64,000 nucleotides of DNA, from the NCBI GenBank assembly GCA_965261595.1, contig CBDHDG010000006.1, positions 1,440,001 through 1,504,000 on the forward strand, in the 5' to 3' direction. Positions 31,250 to 41,800 of the stretch are shown piece by piece. This stretch comes from a bacterium. Its GTDB lineage: Bacteria; UBA8248; JACPRG01; G963555815. The translations under genes were made by a program, and so were the position numbers. The notes beneath the pieces were generated by a model. It worked only from the letters and a program-made list of their open reading frames with translations. It searched no databases and was not told the DNA's origin. Every line of letters starts with the position of its first letter. Positions within the stretch are counted from its first letter, which is position 1.

Positions 31250-33037
31250 ATGACGAGCGTAGGGAAATCCGTGCAGGTGGACCCGATGGACGTCGCCGTC
31301 CTTCAGCACAAAATCCTCTACACCTGCGACTTGATGGGAGACGTCCTTAAATACTCCGGGCAGTGCTTTATCCTGATGGAGTGCAACGACTTCTCGCCGG
31401 GCGTGTTCGACGCCGAAGGGCGGCTTTTGTCGGTCAGGTCCTGGCTGCCCTTGCATGTGGCCGTCGCCAAAGAGCAGGTGTCGCCCCTGGTCCAGCGATT
31501 CGCGGGAAACATCCACCCGGGGGACGTCTTCCTGGCCAACGACCCTTACCTGGCCTCGGGCTCCCATTTGCCCGACTGGACGATTATCCGGCCGGTGTTC
31601 GACGAAGACGAGCTCATGTTCTTCACCCTCCTCAAAGGGCACATGCAGGACACCGGCGGCGCGTTCCCGGGCGGTTATTACCCGGGCGCGTATGACCTGC
31701 ACAGCGAAGGCCTCCGGATCGACTACGTGAAGATCTATGAGCGGGGCGAAAGGCAGCCCGTCTACGATTTCATCCTGAACAATGTGCGCTGGCCCGATAT
31801 CGTCGCGATGGACAACCTGGCGATGATGGGCGCCACCAAGCGCGGCGAGGAGTCCCTCATCGGGCTCTGCCGAAAGATGGGCCGGGAGACGGTCCGGGCC
31901 TGCGTTCAGACCCTCCTGGACTCCTCCGAGCAGGCCATGCGGCGCGAGATTTCAGCCATTCCCGATGGGACGTATTACGGCGAGGACGCCTGCGACTGGG
32001 ACGGAACGACGGACCGGCCGGTTTGGGTGAGGGTGAATCTCACCATCCGGGGGGACGAAATGGAGGTGGACTGGTCCGAATCCGACAAGCAGGTGGATTT
32101 CATCAATACGCCCACGGCCGTCACCCACGCCTGCACCTACATCCCCCTCCTCATGTCCGTGGACCCCGACGTCCACTTCAACGCGGGAAGCTGCCGGCCC
32201 GTCCGGATCATCGCCCCGAAAGGGACGGTCGTGAACCCGTCCTACCCGGCCAACATCGGGGCGTGCAACAACCACCTGGGCAATGAGTTGATTTTCGCCA
32301 TGTTCATGGCCCTGGGTCAGGCCGTTCCCCGGGGCGTGAGCGCCGGATGGGCCAACCACGTCTCCTTCGTGACTTTCGGAGACGACCCGCGCGAGATGGA
32401 CCCGGAGTCCGGGTCCCACAAGCGGTTCTTTTTCACCGTGTTCGGACCCGGCGGCGGCGGCGGCGCCGTTTGGGGCCACGACGGCTGGCCGCATGTTTCG
32501 CCCCCGATCATGGCCGGCGGGCTGATGAAGAACACGGTGGAGATCACCGAGATCATGACCCCATGGCGCACCCTCCATTACGGTCTCCTGAAGGACTCGG
32601 CGGGGCCCGGCCGGTGGCGGGGCGGCGTCGGCACGCATTACGAGATGGTCGACGACCACGGCGGCCGCGTCTACATCAACACGGGAACCTGCTCCGGGCA
32701 GAAATTCAAACCCTTCGGCCAGGACGGCGGCAAGGAGGGGATCTACCACGATCTTCACTTCCGCAGGAACGGGGAGCGCATCCAATTCCGGACGATGTCC
32801 CAGGTCCAGTATCAGCAGGGGGACGTCGTCGTCGGAAAGACCAGCGGCGGCGGCGGCGTCGGCGACCCCTTCGAACGATCCGTCGAGGCGGTGCGAGAGG
32901 ATGTGCTGAACGAGCTGGTCTCCATCGAGGCGGCCCGGGCGGAATATGGCGTGGTCATCCATCCGAAGACGCTGGAAGCCGATGTACAAGCCACGCGGGC
33001 GCTTCGGTCCGCGGGAACGGGGTCGGGAGGAGAGTAG
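31250..33037 (+). CDS. Hydantoinase B/oxoprolinase family subunit
   Basis: ECNDFS, NDPYLASGSHLPD, GHMQDTGG, DSAGPGRWRGG, GGGGVGDPFER. Confidence 0.92.
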   Translation: MTSVGKSVQVDPMDVAVLQHKILYTCDLMGDVLKYSGQCFILMECNDFSPGVFDAEGRLLSVRSWLPLHVAVAKEQVSPLVQRFAGNIHPGDVFLANDPYLASGSHLPDWTIIRPVFDEDELMFFTLLKGHMQDTGGAFPGGYYPGAYDLHSEGLRIDYVKIYERGERQPVYDFILNNVRWPDIVAMDNLAMMGATKRGEESLIGLCRKMGRETVRACVQTLLDSSEQAMRREISAIPDGTYYGEDACDWDGTTDRPVWVRVNLTIRGDEMEVDWSESDKQVDFINTPTAVTHACTYIPLLMSVDPDVHFNAGSCRPVRIIAPKGTVVNPSYPANIGACNNHLGNELIFAMFMALGQAVPRGVSAGWANHVSFVTFGDDPREMDPESGSHKRFFFTVFGPGGGGGAVWGHDGWPHVSPPIMAGGLMKNTVEITEIMTPWRTLHYGLLKDSAGPGRWRGGVGTHYEMVDDHGGRVYINTGTCSGQKFKPFGQDGGKEGIYHDLHFRRNGERIQFRTMSQVQYQQGDVVVGKTSGGGGVGDPFERSVEAVREDVLNELVSIEAARAEYGVVIHPKTLEADVQATRALRSAGTGSGGE

Positions 33038-33155
33038 GCCGGGCGAACGTCCGGGATTGGGTGTTCTTCATATTCGCCCGATGCGTGGTTCATGATCATC
33101 GGGCTGAACCCGGGAGCGTAAAGTGACGCAAGGCCCAAACAGCGTTGAGGTGAAA

Positions 33156-34433
33156 ATGGATCTGGTCATTCGCGAGGCGCGTCTCCGCGGGCGCGACGGT
33201 TTACATGATATCGGCGTCCGCGGCGGACGGATTGCGGCCATCGAAAAGACCGTGGCGGAGAAGGGGGAGCAGGAGGTCGACGCGGCCGGCCGGCTCGTCA
33301 CCGCCTCGTTCGCGAACCCGCACATCCATGTGGACAAGGCGTTTCTCGCCGAAAGAATGGACCGGTCGCGTCCGCGCTTGTGGGATGACGCGCTGGATGA
33401 GACCGTTCCCCTCAAGCGGGAGTACACGCCGGAGCAGTTGATGGAATCCGGAAGCCGAATCGTGGAGATGGCGGCCTCTTTCGGGCACACCTGTATCCGG
33501 GCGTTTGTCGACGTGGACACCATCGCGGGACTCCGGCCGGTCGAGGCGGCGCTCGAAGTCAAGAGAAAATACGCGGACGTCATGGACATCCGGGTGTGCG
33601 CCTTTCCACAGGAGGCGATTCTCCGCGATCCGGGAACCGAAGACCTCCTGGTCCGGGCGATGGAGATGGGCGCCGACGACGTGGGCGGATTGCCGTGGAT
33701 CGAGTGGTCCGACGAGAGCATGCGAAAGCACATCGACATCGTGTTCGACATCGCCAACCGGTTCCGGCGGGACATTCACATGCTTATCGACAATAACAAC
33801 GACCCGACGTCGCGGAGCATCGAATTTCTGGCGGACAAAGTCATCCGGGACGGTTTCGACGGCCGGGTCACGGCGGGCCACGTCGAGGCCCTTTGCGTCT
33901 ACGACGACGTTCACGCCACAAGGGTCATTCGCATGATTCGCGAGGCGGGCATCCATATCGTTTCCAATCCGCACATCAGCCTGAGCGGGCGCGGCCGTTT
34001 GAACGCCCAGCCGATTCTGAGAGGACTCACCCGCGTCAAGGAGCTTTTGGAAGCGGGCGTCCCGGTCTCCTGCGGTCAGGACGACGTGATGGACCCGTTC
34101 TACAACTTCGGGAAAATGGATCAGTTGGAGGTCGGGTTGTTCATGGCCCACGCCGCCCACCTGACCTCGTCGGCGGAGCTGGAGACGGTCTATGACATGA
34201 TCACGGTCAACGCGGCCCACGCGATGGGCGTCGATGACCTTGGAATGGAAGTCGGGAATCGGGCGGACATGATCGTTCTCGATACGCAAAGCGTTTGGAA
34301 CGCCTTCCGCCTGAGACCGGATTGCCTGTACGTCATCAAAGGCGGGCGGATCACGGCGAAGTCCCGCTCGGAACGGCAAGTCATGCGCTCCGGGGGGCTG
34401 GAGCCTCTTTCGTTGGAAGGGTTTCCCTCCTAG
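33156..34433 (+). CDS. Cytosine-deaminase-like amidohydrolase
   Basis: NPHIHVDK, CAFPQE, VGGLP, VTAGH, GLTRVKELL, GQDDVMDPFY. Confidence 0.88.
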   Translation: MDLVIREARLRGRDGLHDIGVRGGRIAAIEKTVAEKGEQEVDAAGRLVTASFANPHIHVDKAFLAERMDRSRPRLWDDALDETVPLKREYTPEQLMESGSRIVEMAASFGHTCIRAFVDVDTIAGLRPVEAALEVKRKYADVMDIRVCAFPQEAILRDPGTEDLLVRAMEMGADDVGGLPWIEWSDESMRKHIDIVFDIANRFRRDIHMLIDNNNDPTSRSIEFLADKVIRDGFDGRVTAGHVEALCVYDDVHATRVIRMIREAGIHIVSNPHISLSGRGRLNAQPILRGLTRVKELLEAGVPVSCGQDDVMDPFYNFGKMDQLEVGLFMAHAAHLTSSAELETVYDMITVNAAHAMGVDDLGMEVGNRADMIVLDTQSVWNAFRLRPDCLYVIKGGRITAKSRSERQVMRSGGLEPLSLEGFPS

Positions 34434-34479
34434 AAGTCGTGAAGTATTTCCAAATTAAATTGACGCTTCACAAATTGCA

Positions 34480-34583
34480 GAGAAGGCGGGCAAGGGGTCA
34501 ACCGACCCAAACGCCCGCCCTGCCTGTTTTGAAAACACCGGGCTTCCACCGTTCGGTAGGCCGGGCATCTTGCCCGGCAGGAA
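34480..34583. repeat. REP-like palindrome doublet, copy 2
   Basis: GGCGGGC...GCCCGCC-CTGC, spacer near-identical to copy 1, then GTAG-GCCGGGCATCTTGCCCGGC; lies between convergent genes. Confidence 0.75.
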
Positions 34584-34618
34584 AGTACGAAAATCGGGTC
34601 TGGCCCGATTGATTTCTC

Positions 34619-35269
34619 TTATACAACCGCTTGAAGACAAGCATAATTGGTGGCGGCCGTTGGATTCTCCAATTCTTCTTCCAGCATGATCAAGCATTGG
34701 ACCTCGCGAAAACCGACTTCCTGAAGAATCTCAAGATGGCGTGATATCAGGAACCGTCCCGGTTCATATTCGTGCTTGGCCCCGTCCGGTTTCACGAAAT
34801 CTCCATTCAGCAACATTCCGCCTTCCGGAAGGAGCCGGCGACAGGCCCGGTAGACATTCCGGGTGTTTTTCTCGCTCCCGAGATCGTGCAAAACCCAGGT
34901 CGAAACAATGGCGCCGACGGGACGTGAAATCTTTCCCCCCCAATCTTCCGTTGTCAGATCCGCCTGCGTAAACTGAACCCGGGAATCATGGGAACCAAGA
35001 CGAGCGGCTGCCAGATCGAGCATCGAGTGGGAGAAGTCGACCCCTTCATAAGTGACCCCGGGGATTGCCTCCAGCAGTCGCGCCGCAAGATAGCCCGGGC
35101 CGATGCCCAACTCGACAATGTGTCGTGAAGGCAAAACCGTTTCGGTGATTCGGTCGATGATGGCGTCAAAGAGTTGGAGACGTTCAGGGGTTGGAACAAA
35201 GCGGTCGGACCATTCAGAAGCATACTGATCGTCGTGGAATTCATGCCGGGCGCCAACGACATTTTCCAT
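34619..35269 (-). CDS. Class I SAM-dependent methyltransferase
   Basis: IVELGIGPG, GVDFS, QADL, STWVLH, LLPEGGMLLNGD. Confidence 0.88.
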   Translation of the reverse strand: MENVVGARHEFHDDQYASEWSDRFVPTPERLQLFDAIIDRITETVLPSRHIVELGIGPGYLAARLLEAIPGVTYEGVDFSHSMLDLAAARLGSHDSRVQFTQADLTTEDWGGKISRPVGAIVSTWVLHDLGSEKNTRNVYRACRRLLPEGGMLLNGDFVKPDGAKHEYEPGRFLISRHLEILQEVGFREVQCLIMLEEELENPTAATNYACLQAVV

Positions 35270-35646
35270 CAGCTTCTCCTGGAATGACCACCGGCAAGTT
35301 GCCGGGAAAATCTTTTGCGGGCTTGAGCGGAGCTCTCACCTGAATCGGAATGCCGGGTCGAGCGTGAATCACACCCCCGAAAAATATGTGATCGGATACG
35401 TGATGGAGTCAAGTCTGGTGATCGGATCAGCCTGGATTTCTTGCCCAGCGATGATCTTGCGGTTCGCGCGCCGGATGAATCACCATTGGCGGATTGTTTC
35501 AGCACCCCGCGAATGCGCCCAATTTGTCCTTTGCGTGGGAATGAGCCCTCTTATATAACGGGGGCGGAGAAAGCGGTGGACGAGAACCTGACCCAAGTCC
35601 GGGTCGTTTCGTTGAGGGGGAGGGGGAGGGGGAGGGGGAGAGCGAT

Positions 35647-36072
35647 ATGAATTTCGAAGAGGCCCGGCCGTTTTTCGAGCGTCATCACTGGAGCGTTGTA
35701 ACGACCCATCAGGCCAACGGCGCGGCGCACTCGAGCATCGTCGTCTGCGGGGCGCACCAGGGGCATGCCGCGTTCGTGTCCGTGCACGGCAAATCGGCCA
35801 AGATCAGAAACCTGCGCCGCGACCCGCGTTGCAGCGTCTTGGCCGTCTCGAAAACCTGGCATAGCTGGGTGACCGTCGAGGGCGAGGCGCGATTGTTCGG
35901 TTATGACAATACGGACGCCGAAGAGGTTCGGAAGCTGCTCCGCGAGGTTTATCGGGCCTGCGGGGATCAAGAGCACCCGGATTGGGAGGAGTTCGACCGG
36001 GCGATGGTGGCCCAGGAGGGCGTGGTCGTCCTGGTTCGTCCCGATCGGGTGTACGGTCAGGTGCGTGAATAG
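35647..36072 (+). CDS. PPOX-class (pyridoxamine 5'-phosphate oxidase-like, putative F420-dependent) protein
   Basis: VVTT..NG..HSS, KIRNLRRDPRCSV, VTVEGEA. Confidence 0.85.
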   Translation: MNFEEARPFFERHHWSVVTTHQANGAAHSSIVVCGAHQGHAAFVSVHGKSAKIRNLRRDPRCSVLAVSKTWHSWVTVEGEARLFGYDNTDAEEVRKLLREVYRACGDQEHPDWEEFDRAMVAQEGVVVLVRPDRVYGQVRE

Positions 36073-36101
36073 GCCCGTTATCCATCGGGAGAAAAGCCAT
36101 C

Positions 36102-36941
36102 ATGACGACGGAGGCGTATGTGGAAACCTTCAACCTGGGCGGGGACCTGGAAATCCGGCGGATGGGGTTCGGAACCCTCTTTATCACCACCGGCAGGGGC
36201 TTCGGGCCGCCCAGGGCCGGGGCCGGAGAGCTTCTGAAAGAGGCCGTCCGCTTGGGGGTGAACTTCATCGACACGGCCGACTCATACGGGCCGGAGCACG
36301 CCGAGAACGCGGTGCGCGAAGCGCTGCACCCCTACCGGGGCCTGGTCATCACGACGAAGGGCGGGTTCCGGCATCCCACCGAGTCCACTTGGACGCCGGA
36401 TGGAAGACCGGAGCATCTACGCTACGCCCTGGAGGGGAGCCTGAAGCGCCTTCAGGTGGACCGGATCGACCTCTACCAGTTTCATACGCCTGACTCCCGA
36501 GTCCCGTTTTCGGAGTCCATCGGCGCGCTCAGGGATTTTCAACAAGAGGGCAAGATCCGGCATATCGGCGTATCGAACGTCAACCTCGACCAGCTCACGG
36601 AAGCCTGCCGGGAAGTCAACGTCGTCTCGGTCCAAAACCTTTTTAACGTCACGTCCCGAGACGGCCATGACGTGCAGGAATTTTGTGAGAAAAAGGGAAT
36701 CGCGTACATCCCCTGGAGGCCCCTGGCGAACGGTCAGCTTCCCCTGGATGACGACGGAATGCGGGAAGTCGCCGGCAAGCACGGCGCGACGGTCGCGCAG
36801 GTGATGCTGGCCGGCCTGCTCCACCGCTCCAAGGTGATCCTCCCGATCCCCGGAACCGGATCGATCGACCACCTCCGGGAGAATGTCGCCGCCGAGCGGC
36901 TTCGGCTCGACAAGGATGACCTCGCGCGCTTGTGGCGTTGA
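36102..36941 (+). CDS. Aldo/keto reductase
   Basis: FIDTADSYG, TTKGG, SLKRLQVDRIDLYQFH, HIGVSN, PIPGT. Confidence 0.92.
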   Translation: MTTEAYVETFNLGGDLEIRRMGFGTLFITTGRGFGPPRAGAGELLKEAVRLGVNFIDTADSYGPEHAENAVREALHPYRGLVITTKGGFRHPTESTWTPDGRPEHLRYALEGSLKRLQVDRIDLYQFHTPDSRVPFSESIGALRDFQQEGKIRHIGVSNVNLDQLTEACREVNVVSVQNLFNVTSRDGHDVQEFCEKKGIAYIPWRPLANGQLPLDDDGMREVAGKHGATVAQVMLAGLLHRSKVILPIPGTGSIDHLRENVAAERLRLDKDDLARLWR

Positions 36942-37065
36942 CCCGGATGTCCAACCCGCTGAAGATCGAAACGATCAGATTGCCCCTTCGGGCGGCTGGG
37001 GTTTTTTGGATGTAGACGCCGGTCTAAGCCCGCCCCCGAATGAATCCATCGGGGGTCCCGTCTCG

Positions 37066-37968
37066 TCACCCTTCAGCGCCCCCCCCCCCTCCCCCCCCTT
37101 CGAAGACGAACCTCCAGGCGTCGCCGCCTCGGACGATTCGGCCGCCCGAGGGCGTCGGGAAGTGCGCGGGCAGAACCAGCGTATCCGTCTCGGCGTAGCG
37201 GTCCAGGAAGGACCGCCGCGTTCGCCGCGACAGCGCCGGGTCGGAGCAGAAACAGGTGCTCCAATCGGGTTCGGCGCACTGGACGGCGTGGTGCATCAGG
37301 TCGCCCGTCATGACCGCCTCCCGGCCGCCGGACGACAGGTGGAGGCAGACCTGCCCCGGCGTGTGCCCCGGCGTCGGTGAGAGCCAGATCCCGTCCTCGA
37401 TGGCGTGATCGTTTTCAACGAACACGGCCTGGCCGGCCTCGACCACCGGGAGGATGCTGTCCTCGTAGTGGTGCGATTCGATCGACCCGGAGTCTTTGAA
37501 TTCCGCCTGCCAAAACTCCCATTCCCGGCGCCCGAAAAGATACCGGGCGTTCGGAAAGGTCGGCGTCCACCGGCCGTCCAACAGGCGGGTGTTCCAGCCG
37601 ACGTGGTCGACGTGCAGGTGGGTGCAGAGGACGAAGTCCACGTCCTCGGGCCGGACGCCGCTCGCCGAGAGGTTATCCAGATAGGGCCACCGGTTCATGT
37701 GGTAGCGGGCCCGATCCGGCCGGTTCTTATCGTTGCCGCCGCACGTGTCGACCAGGATGATGTGGCGCGGGGTTCGGATGACGAAGGAGTGAAAGGCGAG
37801 GATGAGCATCCCGGTTTCGGGGTCGAGCAGGCCGGGCTCCAGCCAGTGTCGGTGGGTATCGATCGCTTCCTTGGTCGCGTCGGGGAAAAGCACGTAAGGG
37901 TCCAGCACCGGCGCCTCGAACTCGATCACCCGCTCAATCGTGAAATCCCCCACGCGCCACTTGTCCAT
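37066..37968 (-). CDS. MBL-fold metallo-hydrolase
   Basis: THLHVDHVG, PTPGHTPG, GDLMH, PAHF. Confidence 0.9.
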   Translation of the reverse strand: MDKWRVGDFTIERVIEFEAPVLDPYVLFPDATKEAIDTHRHWLEPGLLDPETGMLILAFHSFVIRTPRHIILVDTCGGNDKNRPDRARYHMNRWPYLDNLSASGVRPEDVDFVLCTHLHVDHVGWNTRLLDGRWTPTFPNARYLFGRREWEFWQAEFKDSGSIESHHYEDSILPVVEAGQAVFVENDHAIEDGIWLSPTPGHTPGQVCLHLSSGGREAVMTGDLMHHAVQCAEPDWSTCFCSDPALSRRTRRSFLDRYAETDTLVLPAHFPTPSGGRIVRGGDAWRFVFEGGGGGGGAEG

Positions 37969-38247
37969 GACGGCCCCCTCCTCTTCTTTGGTCTTTGCGG
38001 CGGATTGCGGATTTTGCTGAACCCGTCGCGGTGGTGATCAGGACATGAATTTCAAATATTGACCCACACCGGACCGGTTCCGATGGAGAACAAGACGTAT
38101 CTCGGAATATACTATGAGCGCCCTGTCTATTTCTCGTTTGGAGAAGGCGCGGTGATTCAGTCGGCAAAGTGGGGATGCTGAAAAGGGTGACGCGGTCCGC
38201 AAAATCGCCGACGCTGACAACCCAGATTGAGGAGGGAGGAGAAAATT

Positions 38248-38796
38248 ATGGCCTATGTCCGGCAGATCGAGGCCGCCGAAGCGACCGGCGAGCTCAAAGA
38301 GTTCTACGACAAGCTCATCGTAAGAGACGGGTGCGTCCGGGGCATCTTCAAGCTGTCCAGCCTGAGACCCAGCGTGCTGTTCGGCCTCAGCGCGCTCTAC
38401 GAGGCCGTGTTCTATGCACCCTCGGGCCTGTCCCGGGCGCAAAGGGAAATGGTGGCCATCGTCGTCTCCGCCGTCAACGGGTGCGAGTACTGAGTGGACA
38501 ATCACGGAGGGTCTCTCCGTAAAGAAACCGGCGACGACGCGCTCACCCGGCAGATCATGGAGGATTTCAGGAAAGCGGATGTCGACGCCCGGACGATGAG
38601 GATGCTGGAGTATTCAGAGAAGCTGACCCTGCACCCCAAAGAAATGTCGGAAGCGGACCTGACGCCCATGCGGGAGGAAGGCATGACCGACGAAGACATC
38701 TTCGACGTGGTGCAGATCGTCGGTTACTTCAACTACACCAACCGCCGGGCGAACGGTTTGGGGGTGGACCCGGACGCGGAAAAACGGGCCCGGTGA
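38248..38796 (+). CDS. AhpD/CMD-family peroxidase-related protein, putative selenoprotein (TGA 38491-38493 = Sec)
   Basis: LSRAQREMVAIVVSAVNGCEY-TGA-VDNHG (CxxU..H), continuing in frame to GYFNYTNRRANGLG; SECIS-like hairpin follows. Confidence 0.85.
38504..38520 (+). promoter_or_regulatory. Bacterial SECIS-like hairpin
   Basis: ACGGAG-GGTCT-CTCCGT, a perfect 6-bp stem with a GGUCU loop starting 17 nt after the TGA. Confidence 0.75.
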
Positions 38797-38886
38797 CGGA
38801 GGCGCGGGGGCCGGACGCGGCCGGGTTTCGGCCCTTCTCAAATCGGCGGAGGGGTTCGGTCCGCCGTCGCGCGCCCATCGCCCGGA

Positions 38887-41800
38887 TCAGACCGAAAAAT
38901 ATTTCGCCTGCGGGTGATGGATGACGATGGCCGAGGTGCTCTGCTCGGGGTGAAGCTGGTCTTCTTCGCTCATCTCGATCCCGATCCGCTCCGCGCCCAG
39001 AAGATCCAGAAGCTTGCGCTGGTCCGCCAGGTTCGGACAGGCCGGGTAGCCGAAGGAGTAGCGCGACCCCCGGTAGCCCTGCTTGAGCATCCTGTGGATG
39101 TTCCGCTCGTCCAGGTGTCCGAAGCCGAGTTCCGCCCGGATTCGTTTGTGGATGTATTCGGCCAACGCCTCGGCCGTCTCGACGCCGAGGCCGTGCAGGT
39201 AGAGGTAATCCTGGTAGCGGTTTTCGGCGAACCACTCCCGGGCGGTGTCCGAGGCCCGCTGGCCGATGGTCACCGCCTGGAGCGCGATGACGTCCCGCTC
39301 GCCTGTCCCGATGTCCCGGAAGAAGTCGGCGATGCAGAGTCCGTCCTTCCGGGTTTGGCGCGGCAGGTGGAAACGGGCGGCCTCCCGCTCGCCGGTTTCG
39401 TCGAACAGGACCACATCGTCGCCCTCGGACGCCGCTTTCCAGTATCCATACGCCGCCTGGGGAGCGAAGGTCTTTTCTTCGATGACCGTCCGGACCATCC
39501 GGGTGAGAATCGGGCGGATTTCCCGGCCGATCCAGGATTTGAGGTCCGCTACGGAGCGCCCGCTTTTTTTGAACCCCCACTGGAAGTGGAAAAGCATGGT
39601 TTCATTCAGGTAGGGGACCAGCGACTTGAGGGAGATCCGCTCGACGAGGCGCGGCCCCCAAAATGGGGGATCGGGCACGTCCACAGCGTCGGCCAGCTCG
39701 GCCCGCCTCAACCGGATCTCCTCGAGTGCGACGGGACGGAGGATGTCTTCGCGGGTGGTTTTCTCGGCGTCCGGTTTCTTCGGGGCCGGCCGGCGGGCGC
39801 GCCTTTTCCGGGCCGCTTCGATGTGCGCGTCGAATGTGCCCTCCGCCACCTTGGCCATCAAGTCCAGGCCGCCGAAGGCGTCCGGGGCGTAAGCCACCCC
39901 CCCCCCCGATTCATAGGCGCGGGCGCAATCTTCCTCGACATACTTGCGTGTCAGCGCGGCCCCGCCCAGAAACACGGGCGCGGTGATCCCCTGCCGGGTC
40001 ATTTCCTCCAGGTTCTCCCGCATGATGACCGTCGATTTCACCAGCAGACCGGACATCCCGATGGCGTCGGCCTCGTGCGTCCGGGCCGCTTCGAGAATCG
40101 AGGCGATGGGCTGCTTGATGCCGAGGTTGATGACCCGGTAGCCGTTGTTGGTCAGGATGATGTCGACCAGGTTTTTGCCGATGTCGTGCACGTCCCCCTT
40201 CACCGTGGCCAGGACGATGGTGCCCTTGGTCCGGCCTTCGACCCGCTCCATGTGCGGTTCAAGGTGGGCGACCGCCGCCTTCATGGTCTCGGCCGACTGG
40301 AGAACGAAGGGGAGCTGCATCTGGCCCGATCCGAACAGTTCCCCGACCACCTTCATCCCGTCGAGAAGGTGGATGTTGACGATGTCGAGGGGCGGATGCT
40401 TTTGGAGGGCCTCGTCCAGGTCCGCTTCGAGACCCTGGCGGTCGCCGTCGATGATCCGCCGCTTCAGCCTCTCCTCGACCTCCGCGGGCCGCTCCTTCAC
40501 CGTCTCCTTCGCGGCGGTCCGGTCCTCGAAATGGGCGATGAAGGAATGGAGCGGGTCGTAGCCCTCGCTTCGCCAGTCGAAGATGAGGTCTTCGGCGGAC
40601 TTCAGCTCGTCCGGCGGAATCCGGTGCAGGGGCATGATCTTGCTGGCGTGCAGGATGGCGCTCGTCAGCCCCCGCTTCAGGGCGTGGTCCAGGTAGACCG
40701 AGTTGAGGACGTGCCGCGACGCCGGCTTGAGGCCGAAGGAGATGTTCGAGAGTCCCAGGATGATCTGGCATTCGGGAAGCTCGTCGTGGAGCCGCTCGAT
40801 GGCCTCCAGGGTCCAGAGCCCGAGCTTGCGGTCGTCCTCGTTGCCCGTGCAGATGGTGAACGTCAGCGGGTCGAACAACAGGTCGGATGCGGGCAGCCCG
40901 TGGCGGTTGCAGGCGAAGTCGTGGAGCCGGAGGGCGATGCGCATCTTGGCCTCGACGGTCTTGGCCATGCCCGCCTCGTCGATGGTCAGGGCGATGACCG
41001 CCGCGCCGAACTTTTTCGCCAGCCCCAGCCGCGCCGCGGGGGGATCCTCTCCGTCCTCGAAGTTGATCGAGTTGATCACCGCCTTGCCGCCGTAGAGCTT
41101 CAGCGCAGTTTCGAGGACCGGCAGCTCGGTCGAATCGAGGACCAACGGGACGGTGACGGCGCCGCGCATGCGGGAGATCACCGCGGTCATGTCGGACACC
41201 TCGTCCCGGCCGACGAACGCGGTGCACACGTCCAGGGCGTGGGAGCCTTCTTTTTCCTGCTCCCGCCCCATGCCTACCGCGCCGTCCCAGTCTTCCTGTT
41301 CCTGGAACCGCCGGAATTTCTTCGATCCGTTGGCGTTGCACCGCTCCCCGATGGACAGGAAGGCGTTTTCCTGCCGCATGGGGATCTGCTGGTAAAGCGA
41401 CGCGAGGGACGGAACCCGGTGCACCGATCTCTGGACCGGCGCGGGCCGGCGGCCCCGGGCGCGTTTTCGGAGCATCTCGTCCAGCGCGGCGATGTGGGCG
41501 GGCGTGGTCCCGCAACAGCCGCCGATGATGTGAATCCCGTCTTTTTCAACGAAGCGCTCCATCCACTTCGCCATCTCCGGCGCCTCCAGCGGGTAGTGGG
41601 TCCGGCCGTCGACCAGCTCGGGCAGGCCGGCGTTCGGGACGAGGGAGATCTTGCCGGGCCAGGAATCCCCCAGCCACTTGACGTGCTCGGCCATCTCCTG
41701 GGGTCCGGTGCCGCAGTTCATCCCGATGATGGGAACGTCGAGGGCGTCAATGATGGTCGCCGCCACCGCGATCTCGGCCCCGACCAGCAGTGTCCCCGTC

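Noticed and set aside
35340..35490. Cluster of GTGAT/ATCAC motifs in a divergent intergenic region
   Set aside because: Irregular spacing and short motif; not distinguishable from chance
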